A stretch of 64,000 nucleotides of DNA, taken from Spirochaetia bacterium (lineage in GTDB: Bacteria > Spirochaetota > Spirochaetia > UBA9216). Of the stretch, positions 9,958 through 20,211 are shown one piece after another. Position 1 is the stretch's first letter, and each line of letters begins with the position of its first letter. A model generated the notes under the pieces. That model was not told the origin of the DNA, made no database searches, and saw nothing but the letters and a program-made list of their open reading frames with translations. A program made the position numbers and the translations under genes. The stretch lies in contig OZ223272.1 in the NCBI GenBank assembly GCA_965140585.1, positions 224,001-288,000 on the forward strand. The letters are read 5' to 3'.

Positions 9958-10941
9958 TCAATTGATCATTTTAGTCAGCTTCAACTCTTCATTCTTCTGC
10001 ATCTTTAATTCGGAATAGCCAACTACTAGAAGAAGGATAATCCCCCTGATAACTTGCTGCCAGAAAATATTAAAATTAAGAAGATTAAATATATTCCCAA
10101 GCATCACAACAAGAATCACGCCAAGAACAGTGCCGGCGGCTCCGCCTTTTCCTCCTGTTAACGCAGTTCCGCCAAGAACCGCTGCAGTTATCGATTCCAT
10201 CTGAAATGGATTTCCAACACTTGGATCACCACAGCTCATCCTTGCCGCCATATAAAGACCGCTAAGTGAGGCAAAAAAACCGCTGAGAATATAAGCTGAT
10301 ATCATTATCCTGTCTGCATTTATTCCGGCCAGTCTTGCAGCTTCAAAATTTCCGCCTATTGCATATAGATGCCTTCCGAAGACGGTCTTTCTCAGAATAA
10401 CTATACTCAAAATTGTTATTACTGCGAATAAAATTACCGCGGTTGAGGGGATCGGCCCAATCTTGTAAGTAATAAAGTTAACAAACTCAATAGGAATTAT
10501 CCCGCCGGGATAAGGCCTGATGTAGAGGCTTATACCGCCGATGATTATATTTGTACTCAGAGTTACTAGAAATGGATTTACTTTCAGCTTTGTAACAGCG
10601 AGACCATTCACAAGACCTGCAGAAAGACCTGCGGAAACAGAAATCAGTGCCCCCAGGCCAATGCTGTACTGCATGAATGTTGATGCTATTGCCGTAGACA
10701 AAGATAAAACTGAACTAACTGATAGATCAATTCCTGCCGTAAGAAGAACAAGCGTCTGCCCGATCGATACGGAAAGAAGAGGTACTGATCTGCATATCAG
10801 GTTGGAGATATTACCGGAAGTCCTGAAACCGGGTATTAAAATAAAAATAATAATTATCAATGCGGATATTCCGAGATATGTCCCGGCCTGTGATTTTCCA
10901 CCGAAAAGTTTTTTCACAATTGATTTATATCCGGTTCCCAT
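9958..10941 (-). CDS. Sugar ABC transporter permease (CUT2)
   Basis: GIDLSV, FGRHLYAIGGN.EAARLAGI, VLGGT.L.GG.G motifs. Confidence 0.93.
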   Translation of the reverse strand: MGTGYKSIVKKLFGGKSQAGTYLGISALIIIIFILIPGFRTSGNISNLICRSVPLLSVSIGQTLVLLTAGIDLSVSSVLSLSTAIASTFMQYSIGLGALISVSAGLSAGLVNGLAVTKLKVNPFLVTLSTNIIIGGISLYIRPYPGGIIPIEFVNFITYKIGPIPSTAVILFAVITILSIVILRKTVFGRHLYAIGGNFEAARLAGINADRIMISAYILSGFFASLSGLYMAARMSCGDPSVGNPFQMESITAAVLGGTALTGGKGGAAGTVLGVILVVMLGNIFNLLNFNIFWQQVIRGIILLLVVGYSELKMQKNEELKLTKMIN

Positions 10942-12444
10942 TCAGTTCACCCCTACCGCAGCTTTCAGAATTTTTTCTTCTGTTGCCTCTTCTCTTAATA
11001 AGTCACTTACTATCCGTCCCTTATGCATCACGATGATACGATCGCACAAGCCGAGTAGTTCCAGCATATCGCTAGTGACCATTACTATTCCCTTGCCTTC
11101 ATCGTCAGCAAGCCTTCGTGCAATCTGATATATTTCCGCCTTTGCGCCAACATCAACACCAAGAGTCGGTTCCATCATCAGAACAATATCAGGATTATTG
11201 TTAAGCCATTTGCCAATAACAATTTTCTGCTGGTTACCGCCGCTGAGAAAATTCACCTGGGTGGAAACTGAGGAAGTTTTGATTTTCAGTTCATTTATAT
11301 TTTTTTCTACAGTCCTCTTTTCCTTCCTGCTGTTAATGACTCCGAATCTCTGTCTTTTCTTAAGAGTGGTAAGGCTGAGGTTTTCATTTACACTAAGCTG
11401 AAGACACAATCCTTCATCGCCCCGCTTGTCCGTTATCAGTGCTATTCCGGCATCTATCGCATTGTTAGGATTATTTATTTTTTTTATTTTTGTATTGATA
11501 CAGACGGAACCTGAATCTTTTTTAAAACTGCCAAACACCGTTCGAAGAAGAGTATCCTGACCGTTTCCTTCCAGTCCAGCGACTCCGAGAATTTCACCCT
11601 TTCTGAGATTAAAGCAAATATCCGAGAGGACCCTTCCTCTGTTTAAATTTGAAACATTCAGTATATCTTCACCGAAAGAACTGCCATCTTTTTTTGATGG
11701 AAACAAAGCACCAAGCTCCCGGCCTATCATAAACCTTATTACTTCATCAAGATTTGTATTTTCAACATCAACAGTTGTTACGTTGCGACCGTCCTTTAAA
11801 ACTGAAAGTCTGTCTGCAATCTGAAAAATCTCCTCAAGATGGTGTGAAATATATATGATTGTAGTACCCTCTTTTTTCAAATTTCTGAGAGCCTCAAAAA
11901 AATCTTCTACTTCCTTCGCTCCAAGCGGAGCTGTCGGTTCGTCGACTATAAGTACTTTCGGTTTTTTAATAAGTGCCTTTGCAATCTGCACAAGCTTCTG
12001 ATTTGTAGAATCAAGCCCGGCTACAAGGTCTGAAGGATTTATATCAGCACCAATTTTAGCCAATACTGCTCCAGCTTCCTTTTTCATAGCCGAAGAGCTT
12101 ACAAAGCGGTACCTGTTTCTTTTTTCCTGTCCAAGGTAGATATTCTCAGCTACACTCATATACGGAACAAGGATGAGTTCCTGATGAATAATTTCTATTC
12201 CCTGCTGCTGAGCATGATGGGGTGATTTCAAAGTTAATGATTCTCCGTCAAGTAGGATCTCTCCGGTGTCAGGCGTATAGACCCCACCCAGGATTTTTAT
12301 AAGTGTAGATTTACCCGCACCATTCTCACCGAGCAGAGCATGAATTTCACCACGTCTGCAGCTGAAATCAACTGAATCAAGAGCCATGACTCCAGGAAAA
12401 TTTTTAGTGATTGCCTGCATTTGGACAATTAGTTCATTCATCAA
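10942..12444 (-). CDS. Sugar ABC transporter ATP-binding protein (RbsA-like)
   Basis: GENGAGKST, VDEPT, ISH, LSGGNQQK; two fused NBDs. Confidence 0.95.
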   Translation of the reverse strand: MMNELIVQMQAITKNFPGVMALDSVDFSCRRGEIHALLGENGAGKSTLIKILGGVYTPDTGEILLDGESLTLKSPHHAQQQGIEIIHQELILVPYMSVAENIYLGQEKRNRYRFVSSSAMKKEAGAVLAKIGADINPSDLVAGLDSTNQKLVQIAKALIKKPKVLIVDEPTAPLGAKEVEDFFEALRNLKKEGTTIIYISHHLEEIFQIADRLSVLKDGRNVTTVDVENTNLDEVIRFMIGRELGALFPSKKDGSSFGEDILNVSNLNRGRVLSDICFNLRKGEILGVAGLEGNGQDTLLRTVFGSFKKDSGSVCINTKIKKINNPNNAIDAGIALITDKRGDEGLCLQLSVNENLSLTTLKKRQRFGVINSRKEKRTVEKNINELKIKTSSVSTQVNFLSGGNQQKIVIGKWLNNNPDIVLMMEPTLGVDVGAKAEIYQIARRLADDEGKGIVMVTSDMLELLGLCDRIIVMHKGRIVSDLLREEATEEKILKAAVGVN

Positions 12445-12457
12445 ATTATAAATCTCC

Positions 12458-13225
12458 CTACATCCGATCTATTCTTCCGCCATCGACAGGAAGAACTGTA
12501 CCGGTTATAAAAGAGGATTCATCCGATGCAAAAAAACAGACAGCAGAAGCCACATCATCTGGACTTCCAAGTCTTTTCATCATTGTCATTTCAGTTGAAC
12601 GTTTTAGTTTCTTTTCAACTTCATCTTTAGTCTGGTCTTGATAGGTAAGGGCGGTAATGATTTCACCTGGAGCAACCGCATTTACATTGATATTCCATTC
12701 TCCAAGCTCTCTTGCAGCTGTCTTTGTAAAATTATTAACTGCAGCTTTTGCTGCTGAATAGCTTGCAAAACCCGGCATATAGACGCCATCAGCAGACATC
12801 GATGAAACATTTATAATCTTACCGTATTTACTTTTTTTCATAATTGCCGCTGCATGCTGTGTGCAAAACACAAGGCCTTTCAAATCTACACGCTGTATAA
12901 AGTCCCAATCCTCTTCATCCATTTCATGGAAAAGGGCAGGACGGATAGTTCCTGCATTATTTACAAGAATATCAAGCTTTCCGAACTTTTTTTCGAATAT
13001 GTTAAACAGGTTTTGGATATCAGTTATTTTTGTGATATCCGTTTTTACTGTCAGACATGTTCCTCCGAATTCCAGAATTTGATTCTTTACTGAATCCATA
13101 GCCTTTTCATTTCTGTTGGCAATAGCAACTAAGGCTCCCTGCCTTGCAAGACTTACAGCGATTGCTGCACCAATCCCCTGTCCGCCTCCGGTTACAAGGG
13201 CAACCTTTCCTGAAAACTTCTCCAA
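12458..13225 (-). CDS. SDR family oxidoreductase
   Basis: TGGGQGIG, NNAG, YSAAK, VDGG. Confidence 0.93.
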   Translation of the reverse strand: MEKFSGKVALVTGGGQGIGAAIAVSLARQGALVAIANRNEKAMDSVKNQILEFGGTCLTVKTDITKITDIQNLFNIFEKKFGKLDILVNNAGTIRPALFHEMDEEDWDFIQRVDLKGLVFCTQHAAAIMKKSKYGKIINVSSMSADGVYMPGFASYSAAKAAVNNFTKTAARELGEWNINVNAVAPGEIITALTYQDQTKDEVEKKLKRSTEMTMMKRLGSPDDVASAVCFFASDESSFITGTVLPVDGGRIDRM

Positions 13226-13295
13226 AGGACAACCTCTTCTGTACTGTTTTTATAACAAAAATATATCTTCTTTTACAACATTATTATTGTTATAT

Positions 13296-13368
13296 AAAAA
13301 GAATTTTTTTCTTTTTTACAAGATTAGCATAGTTATATAGATTGTCAAGGAAATATTTTCTTTTTTAG
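13296..13368 (-). promoter_or_regulatory. Sigma70-type promoter flanked by AT-rich operator boxes (copy 1)
   Basis: TTGACA (13348-13343)-N16-TAATCT with extended TG; flanked by GAAATATTTTCT and GAATTTTTTTCT boxes. Near-identical to 28453-28530. Confidence 0.7.
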
Positions 13369-13403
13369 GCGTGTACAAGAATTGTATTTGGAAATTTATT
13401 CTT

Positions 13404-14459
13404 TTAATGAACTTCGGGATTAAGGAATCCGCTTTTCTGCAATGCTTCGATCAGACCTGTGAGATAACTTACAGCAAGAGCTCTGTCATATAGGCCATAT
13501 CCAGATTTACGCTCCTCATCCCAGATATTTCTTCCATGATCTACTCTGATAAGTCCTGAGTAATCATTTTCATAAAGAATTTTTACAAGCCTGAACATAT
13601 CAAGATCTCCATAATCTGAATTGTGGGCAGTTTCATGAAATTCTTTTTCACCAGTTATGAGAATGTTTCTAAAATGGACATAATTTACTTTTTTTCGTTC
13701 AAGCAGCTTTTTGAGCATAGCATACACATCATTATCTGAACGGGCTGCTAAAGTTCCCGTACAAAAAGCGATTCCATTGCTTGGACTCTCAATTAAGCCT
13801 ACAGCCCTATCGAGACTATCCGCAGTTCCAAGCGGCCTTATAATTCCAAGAGCATCCCAGGGCGGATCATCTGGATGCAGAGCCAGTTTTATCCCCAGCT
13901 CTTCAGCTACAGGCACAACTGCGTTAAGGAAATATGAAAGATTATGCCAGAATTCCTCTGAGGTTATTCTGGAACTTTCTTTTAAAACATCTGGAAGCTG
14001 AGTCGGCGTGTATGTCTGACTCCAGTCGGGCAATCCAGTAAAAATATCAATTTTATCAACATCAGAATGATTATAAGCATTTGACACAGAATCATCTGCA
14101 AGCCTGATTGACAGATCTGTACGAAGCCAGTCAACTGCCAGCATAAAATTATAGCACACAAGACTGACACCGTTTTCGGCAAACTGTTTAAGATTTTCAC
14201 ACCACACATCAATATATTTGTCCCGGTCGGACTTGCCCAGTTTTATATCCTCGTGAACGGGGAGACTTTCTACACAGTCAAATGAAAAGCCATATTCCTC
14301 TATATGCATCTTCAGATTCTGAATATGGTTTTCCGGTATAACCTCTTCAGCCGGCGTATTAAAAAAAGATCCGACTATTGAAGAGATGCCAGGGATCTGG
14401 TTGATATATTTAATTGGAATAGAGTCACTGGGGCCGTACCATCTAAATCCTATTTCCAT
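13404..14459 (-). CDS. uxuA: Mannonate dehydratase
   Basis: FRWYGP.D, VESLPVHEDIK.G, CYNFM, DW.RTDL, HPDDPP, HFRN, R.DHGR, GYGLYDRAL. Confidence 0.95.
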   Translation of the reverse strand: MEIGFRWYGPSDSIPIKYINQIPGISSIVGSFFNTPAEEVIPENHIQNLKMHIEEYGFSFDCVESLPVHEDIKLGKSDRDKYIDVWCENLKQFAENGVSLVCYNFMLAVDWLRTDLSIRLADDSVSNAYNHSDVDKIDIFTGLPDWSQTYTPTQLPDVLKESSRITSEEFWHNLSYFLNAVVPVAEELGIKLALHPDDPPWDALGIIRPLGTADSLDRAVGLIESPSNGIAFCTGTLAARSDNDVYAMLKKLLERKKVNYVHFRNILITGEKEFHETAHNSDYGDLDMFRLVKILYENDYSGLIRVDHGRNIWDEERKSGYGLYDRALAVSYLTGLIEALQKSGFLNPEVH

Positions 14460-14535
14460 AATGCCTCTTTAATGTGGGTAATATTGTAATATTATATAGT
14501 AAAATTCAATTTTCAGGTACAAATATAAATCATCA

Positions 14536-14567
14536 GTGAACCTCTAAAAACATTATTAGAGGTTCAC
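14536..14567 (-). terminator. Hairpin at end of the 28433-14576 operon
   Basis: GTGAACCTCTAA...TTAGAGGTTCAC 12-bp inverted repeat just after the stop of 14576..15187; weak U-tract. Confidence 0.55.
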
Positions 14568-14575
14568 CGAAATGA

Positions 14576-15187
14576 TTAAGAAAGTATATCAAAGAAATCC
14601 ACGGAGGATTCAATTATTGCAAACTGCGGCAGAGTATTCTTTATCGCAAATTCATGCATTTCAGCAGTCCAGGAAGCACAGCAGTCTTCAAGGACACGTA
14701 TTTCATAGTTCAACTCAGAACCGTATCGTGCTGTACTTTCAACAACAAAGTTGGTAGCAACTCCGGCAAGATACAGCCTTTCAATACCTGCAGCACGCAG
14801 CATCTGATCCAGGTTTGTGTAAGAAAAGGAGCTGGTATTATAATTACGCAGAACAATATCCTTTCCTGTCGGTTTTATTACGTCAGGATTTTCAACACCC
14901 CATGTTCCTTCCAGAAATGAATTACTGCACCTGGCAGCATCACAAATAGGCAATGTATTGCCCTTAAGTTCCGGATACCCCTTGCTGAAAGCATTGTTTA
15001 CAAAAACTACCATCATATCTTCAACCCGGGCTTTCTCAAGAACAGCTGCAATTTTTTTTAAAACATTCTGTCGCTCTACTTCGGCAAAGGCTCCTGAGTC
15101 ATTATAAAGACCATCAGGATCAACAATATCATTCTGGCAGTGCATAACAAGAAGAGCACACTTTTTTGCGTACTTATTCATACACAC
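14576..15187 (-). CDS. Isochorismatase/cysteine-hydrolase fold protein with non-canonical active site
   Basis: ALLVMHCQND, GTWG, SSF..T.L...LR..GI..L.LAGVATNFVVEST.R, EDCCAS. Confidence 0.88.
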   Translation of the reverse strand: MCMNKYAKKCALLVMHCQNDIVDPDGLYNDSGAFAEVERQNVLKKIAAVLEKARVEDMMVVFVNNAFSKGYPELKGNTLPICDAARCSNSFLEGTWGVENPDVIKPTGKDIVLRNYNTSSFSYTNLDQMLRAAGIERLYLAGVATNFVVESTARYGSELNYEIRVLEDCCASWTAEMHEFAIKNTLPQFAIIESSVDFFDILS

Positions 15188-15193
15188 TACTCC

Positions 15194-15961
15194 CTATTCC
15201 GGATCGGCTACCGGATTTTTACATCTGAGCTCAATTCCTTCAATCTCAATCTCTACAACATCACCATCAAACATTGGTTTTACATTAAATGGGGTGCCGG
15301 TTGAAATAATATCTCCCGGAAACAGCGTTCGGCTCTGAGAAAAATATGAAACGATGTATGCAGCGTTAAAGAGCAGATCCGAAGTATTTCCCTCCTGGAC
15401 TTTTTCACCATTCAGATATGTTCTGACAACTGCGTTATCAGGATCTATATCGGTATCAATAATCGGGCCAAAGGAAGTGAATGTATCAAAACTCTTGCTG
15501 TATGTAACCTGTGTAGAATTGTAGCTCATCTCACGTTCAGTAACATCATTGAGCGGTGTTATACCCAGGATGTGCTGTTTAGCTTCTTCAACACTTACAT
15601 TTTTTATCTTATTTTTAATAACAAGAGCCATTTCTCCTTCATAGTCTACCCTCTTTGCAACCTGAGGTCGAACGATTGCCTCTCCCGGATTAATAACGCC
15701 TGTAACAGGTTTCATAAAATTCGCAGGAAGTTCAGGTGTAGGTAGATCAAGCTCTGCAATATGTTTCTTGAAATTAAGCCCAACACAGTAAAGATTAGTT
15801 GGTTCACAGGGATAGAGTAAAGCAACTTCACTTGCATTAACTTTTTCTTCTTTGACAGAAAAATCTGAATAGATTGATCCTTCAATCCTGCTGATCACTC
15901 CATTGTCATAGGACCCATAACAGACGGTTCCATCTTTTTTTTTGTAACGTACAATCTTCAT
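15194..15961 (-). CDS. Fumarylacetoacetate hydrolase family protein
   Basis: CVGLNF..H, FMKP, DYEGE, NDVT.R, KSFDTF, PGDII.TGTP. Confidence 0.93.
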   Translation of the reverse strand: MKIVRYKKKDGTVCYGSYDNGVISRIEGSIYSDFSVKEEKVNASEVALLYPCEPTNLYCVGLNFKKHIAELDLPTPELPANFMKPVTGVINPGEAIVRPQVAKRVDYEGEMALVIKNKIKNVSVEEAKQHILGITPLNDVTEREMSYNSTQVTYSKSFDTFTSFGPIIDTDIDPDNAVVRTYLNGEKVQEGNTSDLLFNAAYIVSYFSQSRTLFPGDIISTGTPFNVKPMFDGDVVEIEIEGIELRCKNPVADPE

Positions 15962-15975
15962 CTAACTCTCCTAAT

Positions 15976-16950
15976 TTATGGTCTAACTATATTTATTGGT
16001 TGCGTCCCTGTAATTAATGCTTTAGCATTGATTGCGGTCAAACGCCGGTTATCTATGAGCGACTGTTCAGAATAAAATGCTGAATGAGGTGATATGATAC
16101 AATTTGGTAGAGAAAACAGCGGATTATCTGATGGATTCCAGTCAGGGTGTTTTGAAGGTTCGTCCTCAGTATCATCCAGACCAGCACCGACTATCCAACC
16201 TTCTGATAAAGCTTTATACAGAGCCTTGTTTTCTACAAGCTTACCTCTTGAACAATTTACCAGAACTGCGTTCTTTTTCATCATACCAAGACGTTTTTCT
16301 TCTATTATATGATGTGTTGATTCATTATAGGGACACATCACATTCACGATATCAGCTTCCCGAACAAGATCATCCAGCTCTACTTTTTGTACGCCCATTG
16401 ATGCCATATAATTTTCAGAAATATATGGATCATAGCTGATCACCTGCATACCGCAGCCCATGATTTTTCTTGCAATGTTCTGAGCTATTTTCCCGAACCC
16501 TATTAATCCCCAAATGGTTTGTCGAAACCGCTTGATCGGCTGCACAGCATCCTGATATTTCCAGCTCCCGTTCTTTGTAGCATGGTCATAGAGAGGCAGC
16601 CGCCTTGCCAAAGACAGTCCCATTGCAATACTGTGTTCTGCGACCTCTTCAATACAAAAATCGGGAATGTTAGTCAGGATCATGCCGTTGTCATACACGG
16701 CCTGAACATCAACCGTATCCACACCAATCCCATATCTGCAAATACCAATACAGTGATCAAGAGTTTCCAAAGTCTCCCTCGTAACCTTTGCATACCTTGT
16801 CATCAGAACATCAGCATCTTTAGCCAACTCTCCTAGACCTTCGCCGGTATTGCACTGAAGTCCTATGACCTCCGCACCTGCTGGTTCAAGAATACTTTTT
16901 TCTATTTCAAGATCTTCATAGTCATAATCACTTATATAAACTTTGAACAC
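15976..16950 (-). CDS. D-2-hydroxyacid dehydrogenase, CtBP-like
   Basis: RYGIGVD.VD, N.PDFC.EEVAEH, GLIGFGKI, NCSRG, SPHSAFYS. Confidence 0.92.
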   Translation of the reverse strand: MFKVYISDYDYEDLEIEKSILEPAGAEVIGLQCNTGEGLGELAKDADVLMTRYAKVTRETLETLDHCIGICRYGIGVDTVDVQAVYDNGMILTNIPDFCIEEVAEHSIAMGLSLARRLPLYDHATKNGSWKYQDAVQPIKRFRQTIWGLIGFGKIAQNIARKIMGCGMQVISYDPYISENYMASMGVQKVELDDLVREADIVNVMCPYNESTHHIIEEKRLGMMKKNAVLVNCSRGKLVENKALYKALSEGWIVGAGLDDTEDEPSKHPDWNPSDNPLFSLPNCIISPHSAFYSEQSLIDNRRLTAINAKALITGTQPINIVRP

Positions 16951-16963
16951 ATTTCCCTCCCGT

Positions 16964-18241
16964 TCATCCTTTCAAAACCGGCATTACCTCACCTGCATGA
17001 TTTATAACAGTGATACTGGCTCCAGGCCCTTTTATACTCATAGCTTTTTCAATCGCATCCTGTACTGTCCCAAACTTTTCAAACCCCAGCCTATTGGCAG
17101 CTTCTTTTCCTATACCAGTTGAGACCATAAAAGCTGTTCTATTTCCGGAAATCACTCTGCCGACATGAAGAATATGCGCTGCTACAGTCAGATCAGAAAA
17201 AGAACCGTCCTCAACCATCCGCATTACCTTCTCTGGATTTGAATATCCAAGTTCACCTACTTCAGGATGTTCTTCAGCTATTCCTTCACGGCTAGGGGTA
17301 ACCAGGATTAAAATTCCATCTTCTTTCAAAGCTAAATCTGCGGAATAAACACCCTTAGATGATTGCCACATATTCATATGAGAGGGATAGGCATCAGAAA
17401 TTACAATATCAGCGAGTTCTTTTATTTCACATCCGTAGACATCTTCCGAAGCTCTGCAGCCGGCTTTATGTGCTTTCACCGGATCACCGCAGACACAGAG
17501 ATAAACGTTTCCGTTCCCTGCCTGTACAGTGTTGAAAATAAATTTCAGACCAGCTTCAACTCCAACACGATCAATTTCACGTCTGACAGGATTATCAATT
17601 TTGCCCATAATGTCGATACCGGAGAAATCTCTGGCACTCAGCCAATGAGTCTGCCCTGTTGTTACAGCCCCACAAACTCCAGGCTGTACTATTTTTGCAC
17701 CACCGGAGTATCCGGCAACTCTGTGCGGAACGATATGCCCTACACCGATTACAAAATCAGCTTCAACAAGCATTCTATTAATCACAATTTCAGTACCATT
17801 CTCTGTTTTTCCAATCTCGATAAGATGTTCATTGTCGTACCACAGATGATCATTAACTTTGAAATTAGAGGTAACCCATTCTCCGTACTTGGATATTTTT
17901 TCTCCATCAGTCATTGCCCTGTGAGTTCCTGAAGCAACCAGCAGTTCTATTTGTTCTTTCTTTACCCCAGCTGACTCAATTTCCTGTATTAAAATAGGAA
18001 GTATCTGCTCAGCAGGAGTCATCCTAGTATAATCATCTACAAGAATTAGAACTTTCTCTTCACCTCCAAGCATTTCTGAAAGACGGGGAGTACCTACCGG
18101 ATTCTTCAATGCTTCTTTTATCAGAATGTCTATTGAGCGAGAATCCATCCGGACATCATTAGGCTTTATAATAGTGAGGATTCGGTCTTCTGGAATCATC
18201 GCACCAGGAATATCTTCATGCGGAAACTTCAGATTGAACAT
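16964..18241 (-). CDS. larA: LarA-family nickel-pincer 2-hydroxyacid racemase/epimerase
   Basis: DDYTR.TP, ASGTHR, PH..AGYSGGAK...PG LarA motifs; 425 aa. Confidence 0.9.
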   Translation of the reverse strand: MFNLKFPHEDIPGAMIPEDRILTIIKPNDVRMDSRSIDILIKEALKNPVGTPRLSEMLGGEEKVLILVDDYTRMTPAEQILPILIQEIESAGVKKEQIELLVASGTHRAMTDGEKISKYGEWVTSNFKVNDHLWYDNEHLIEIGKTENGTEIVINRMLVEADFVIGVGHIVPHRVAGYSGGAKIVQPGVCGAVTTGQTHWLSARDFSGIDIMGKIDNPVRREIDRVGVEAGLKFIFNTVQAGNGNVYLCVCGDPVKAHKAGCRASEDVYGCEIKELADIVISDAYPSHMNMWQSSKGVYSADLALKEDGILILVTPSREGIAEEHPEVGELGYSNPEKVMRMVEDGSFSDLTVAAHILHVGRVISGNRTAFMVSTGIGKEAANRLGFEKFGTVQDAIEKAMSIKGPGASITVINHAGEVMPVLKG

Positions 18242-18290
18242 AAAATTAACCTCTTAAAGTAGGGGAAGAACTAAGCCTTCCCCGTTTTCT

Positions 18291-19172
18291 TTAAAGCATC
18301 TGGAGACGTACCAGTTCTTTTTTAATGGCATTAACTTCGTCTGCAGTTGCAGGGACAAAGGGCTTTCTCGGATAAGCTTTAATAATTCCCCGTATTTCCA
18401 GCATTGCATAAACGGCAAGCTGAGTGGATCTTGCAAGATACATAACATCTCGCAGTTCGTTGATCTTAAACTGGGTCTCACCACAGGCTTTCATATCCCA
18501 ACGCATACCCTCTTCAAACATCTGTTTATTAATTTCGGGGAAGGCATTGGCAAGTCCCGGAATAAAGGCTTCACATCCAAGAACCCTTGCTGAAGCAAAC
18601 ATCGCCTCGGTGCCCAGAGCGACATCAAATGATTCATCTTTTAGAACTCTGTGGTATGAGGCATGTGTGAGGATATTAAATGTAGCATCCTTTACTCCTG
18701 CGAGACCTCTTGCCTTTAACTTTTTAACAGTATCAAGTCCAATTTCGTATCCCTGAAATCCAGGATTGTTATACAGGTACACAGGGATTTTAACGGACTC
18801 TATCAGATCAGTATAGAAATCAATCAGATCATCTTCGTTATGGGAAAAGTAAAATGGTCCAACTGCTGCCACAGCATCAACTCCGGAAGCTTCAGCATGT
18901 TTTGCCAGTTCAACAGACTCAATATTATTTGTTGTACCAATCATAGGTATTACGGGAATATCACCTTTAGTAATAGCAATTGTCTCTTCAACAACTTTTT
19001 TTCTCTCATCAAGATTCATCATCGGACCGGCTCCGTAAGAACCGGTAATGAATAAACCATCAACTTCATCTTTTAGAAACTTAACGAGAGTTTTTAGACC
19101 TTCAACATCAAGTTCTCCGTCTTCCTTAAATGGTGTAAGCATAGGGGGAGTAACCCCTTTCATTTTAAACAT
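18291..19172 (-). CDS. DapA/NanA-family class I aldolase/dehydratase
   Basis: TPF..DG.LD, GSYGA in place of GTTGE, LYNNP, Schiff-base GVKD. Confidence 0.9.
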   Translation of the reverse strand: MFKMKGVTPPMLTPFKEDGELDVEGLKTLVKFLKDEVDGLFITGSYGAGPMMNLDERKKVVEETIAITKGDIPVIPMIGTTNNIESVELAKHAEASGVDAVAAVGPFYFSHNEDDLIDFYTDLIESVKIPVYLYNNPGFQGYEIGLDTVKKLKARGLAGVKDATFNILTHASYHRVLKDESFDVALGTEAMFASARVLGCEAFIPGLANAFPEINKQMFEEGMRWDMKACGETQFKINELRDVMYLARSTQLAVYAMLEIRGIIKAYPRKPFVPATADEVNAIKKELVRLQML

Positions 19173-19233
19173 ATACTGCTCCTTCTAAAAAGTTTTATTT
19201 TCGAGTAAGTAATAATTTTCCGGTAAATACGGG

Positions 19234-20211
19234 TTAATTTACCCTGTAAACCGGTCTTCCATTTGTAAGCATTTCATAGACGTTAGCAGCAACTTTCCGC
19301 TGAAGCTCTGCAATAGATGTCTCGGAGTACCACCCCAGATGAGGGGTTACAGTTACGCGTTCAGGATACTTCAGAAGTTTAGAGATGTTGTAATCAGCAT
19401 CCTGCCCTTCAAGAACATCTAGACTCGCATAACGAATTTTTCCGGATACAAGAGACTTAATCAGAGCGTCCTCATCAATCAATCCGCCTCTTGAAGTATT
19501 AACAATGCACGAACCATCTTTCATTTTTATAAAAGCATCATGGCTGAACATGTGTTCTGTTTTATTATTTAATGGAGCATGAATGGAGATAAGATCAGAT
19601 TGCTCCAGGACTTCATTGAGTGACACAAACTCTATCCAAGGCCAGGATTCCTTATCTGTAAAAGCCGGGTCAAAAGCAAGAATTCTGCAATCGTACGCTT
19701 TAAGTTTTTCAGCGGTACGTCGTCCAATATTTCCAAATGCAATCAGGCCAATAGTGCTTTCTGAAATTCTTTTTAAAGGCTTAATTGATTCATACTTCCA
19801 GCTGTTTTTGTGTATAAGATAGTTCGCATGAGATAACGCTCGAAAGCAATTAAGGATATGAGACATGGCCGTATCTGAAACTTCTTCGATGCAGTAATCA
19901 GGTACATTTGATACAGCTATACCTTTATCGTTAGCAGCTTCAATATCTACCACATCAACTCCAATGGCATAACGTGCAATAATCTTACACTTCTCCATTG
20001 CTTCTATCACTCTGCGGTTTATCTTTGCAAACTGAATAATAACGGCATCGGCATCCTGAACATAAGGTATTAGTTCTTCAGACTCAATAATTCCGCCTGA
20101 TTTGATTTTTGTAAGATCAACAATCTCAACACTATCAAGCTTATTCAGGATTTCAAGCTCGGCTGAATTATCAGGATAATAGTAATCGGTGAAAACAATT
20201 TTAAAACTCAT
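19234..20211 (-). CDS. D-2-hydroxyacid dehydrogenase, CtBP-like (second paralog)
   Basis: RYAIGVD, NVPDYC.EEVSD, IAFGNIG, NTSRG, TPHLGWYS. Confidence 0.92.
   Translation of the reverse strand: MSFKIVFTDYYYPDNSAELEILNKLDSVEIVDLTKIKSGGIIESEELIPYVQDADAVIIQFAKINRRVIEAMEKCKIIARYAIGVDVVDIEAANDKGIAVSNVPDYCIEEVSDTAMSHILNCFRALSHANYLIHKNSWKYESIKPLKRISESTIGLIAFGNIGRRTAEKLKAYDCRILAFDPAFTDKESWPWIEFVSLNEVLEQSDLISIHAPLNNKTEHMFSHDAFIKMKDGSCIVNTSRGGLIDEDALIKSLVSGKIRYASLDVLEGQDADYNISKLLKYPERVTVTPHLGWYSETSIAELQRKVAANVYEMLTNGRPVYRVN

Noticed and set aside
8768-9961. Long N-terminal extension of the SBP ORF
   Set aside because: RBS and signal peptide fit a start at 9904.
10541-11128. 195-aa plus-strand ORF and the many other short antisense or nested ORFs in the track
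   Set aside because: They lie opposite or within well-supported genes and show no recognisable motifs; treated as shadow ORFs.
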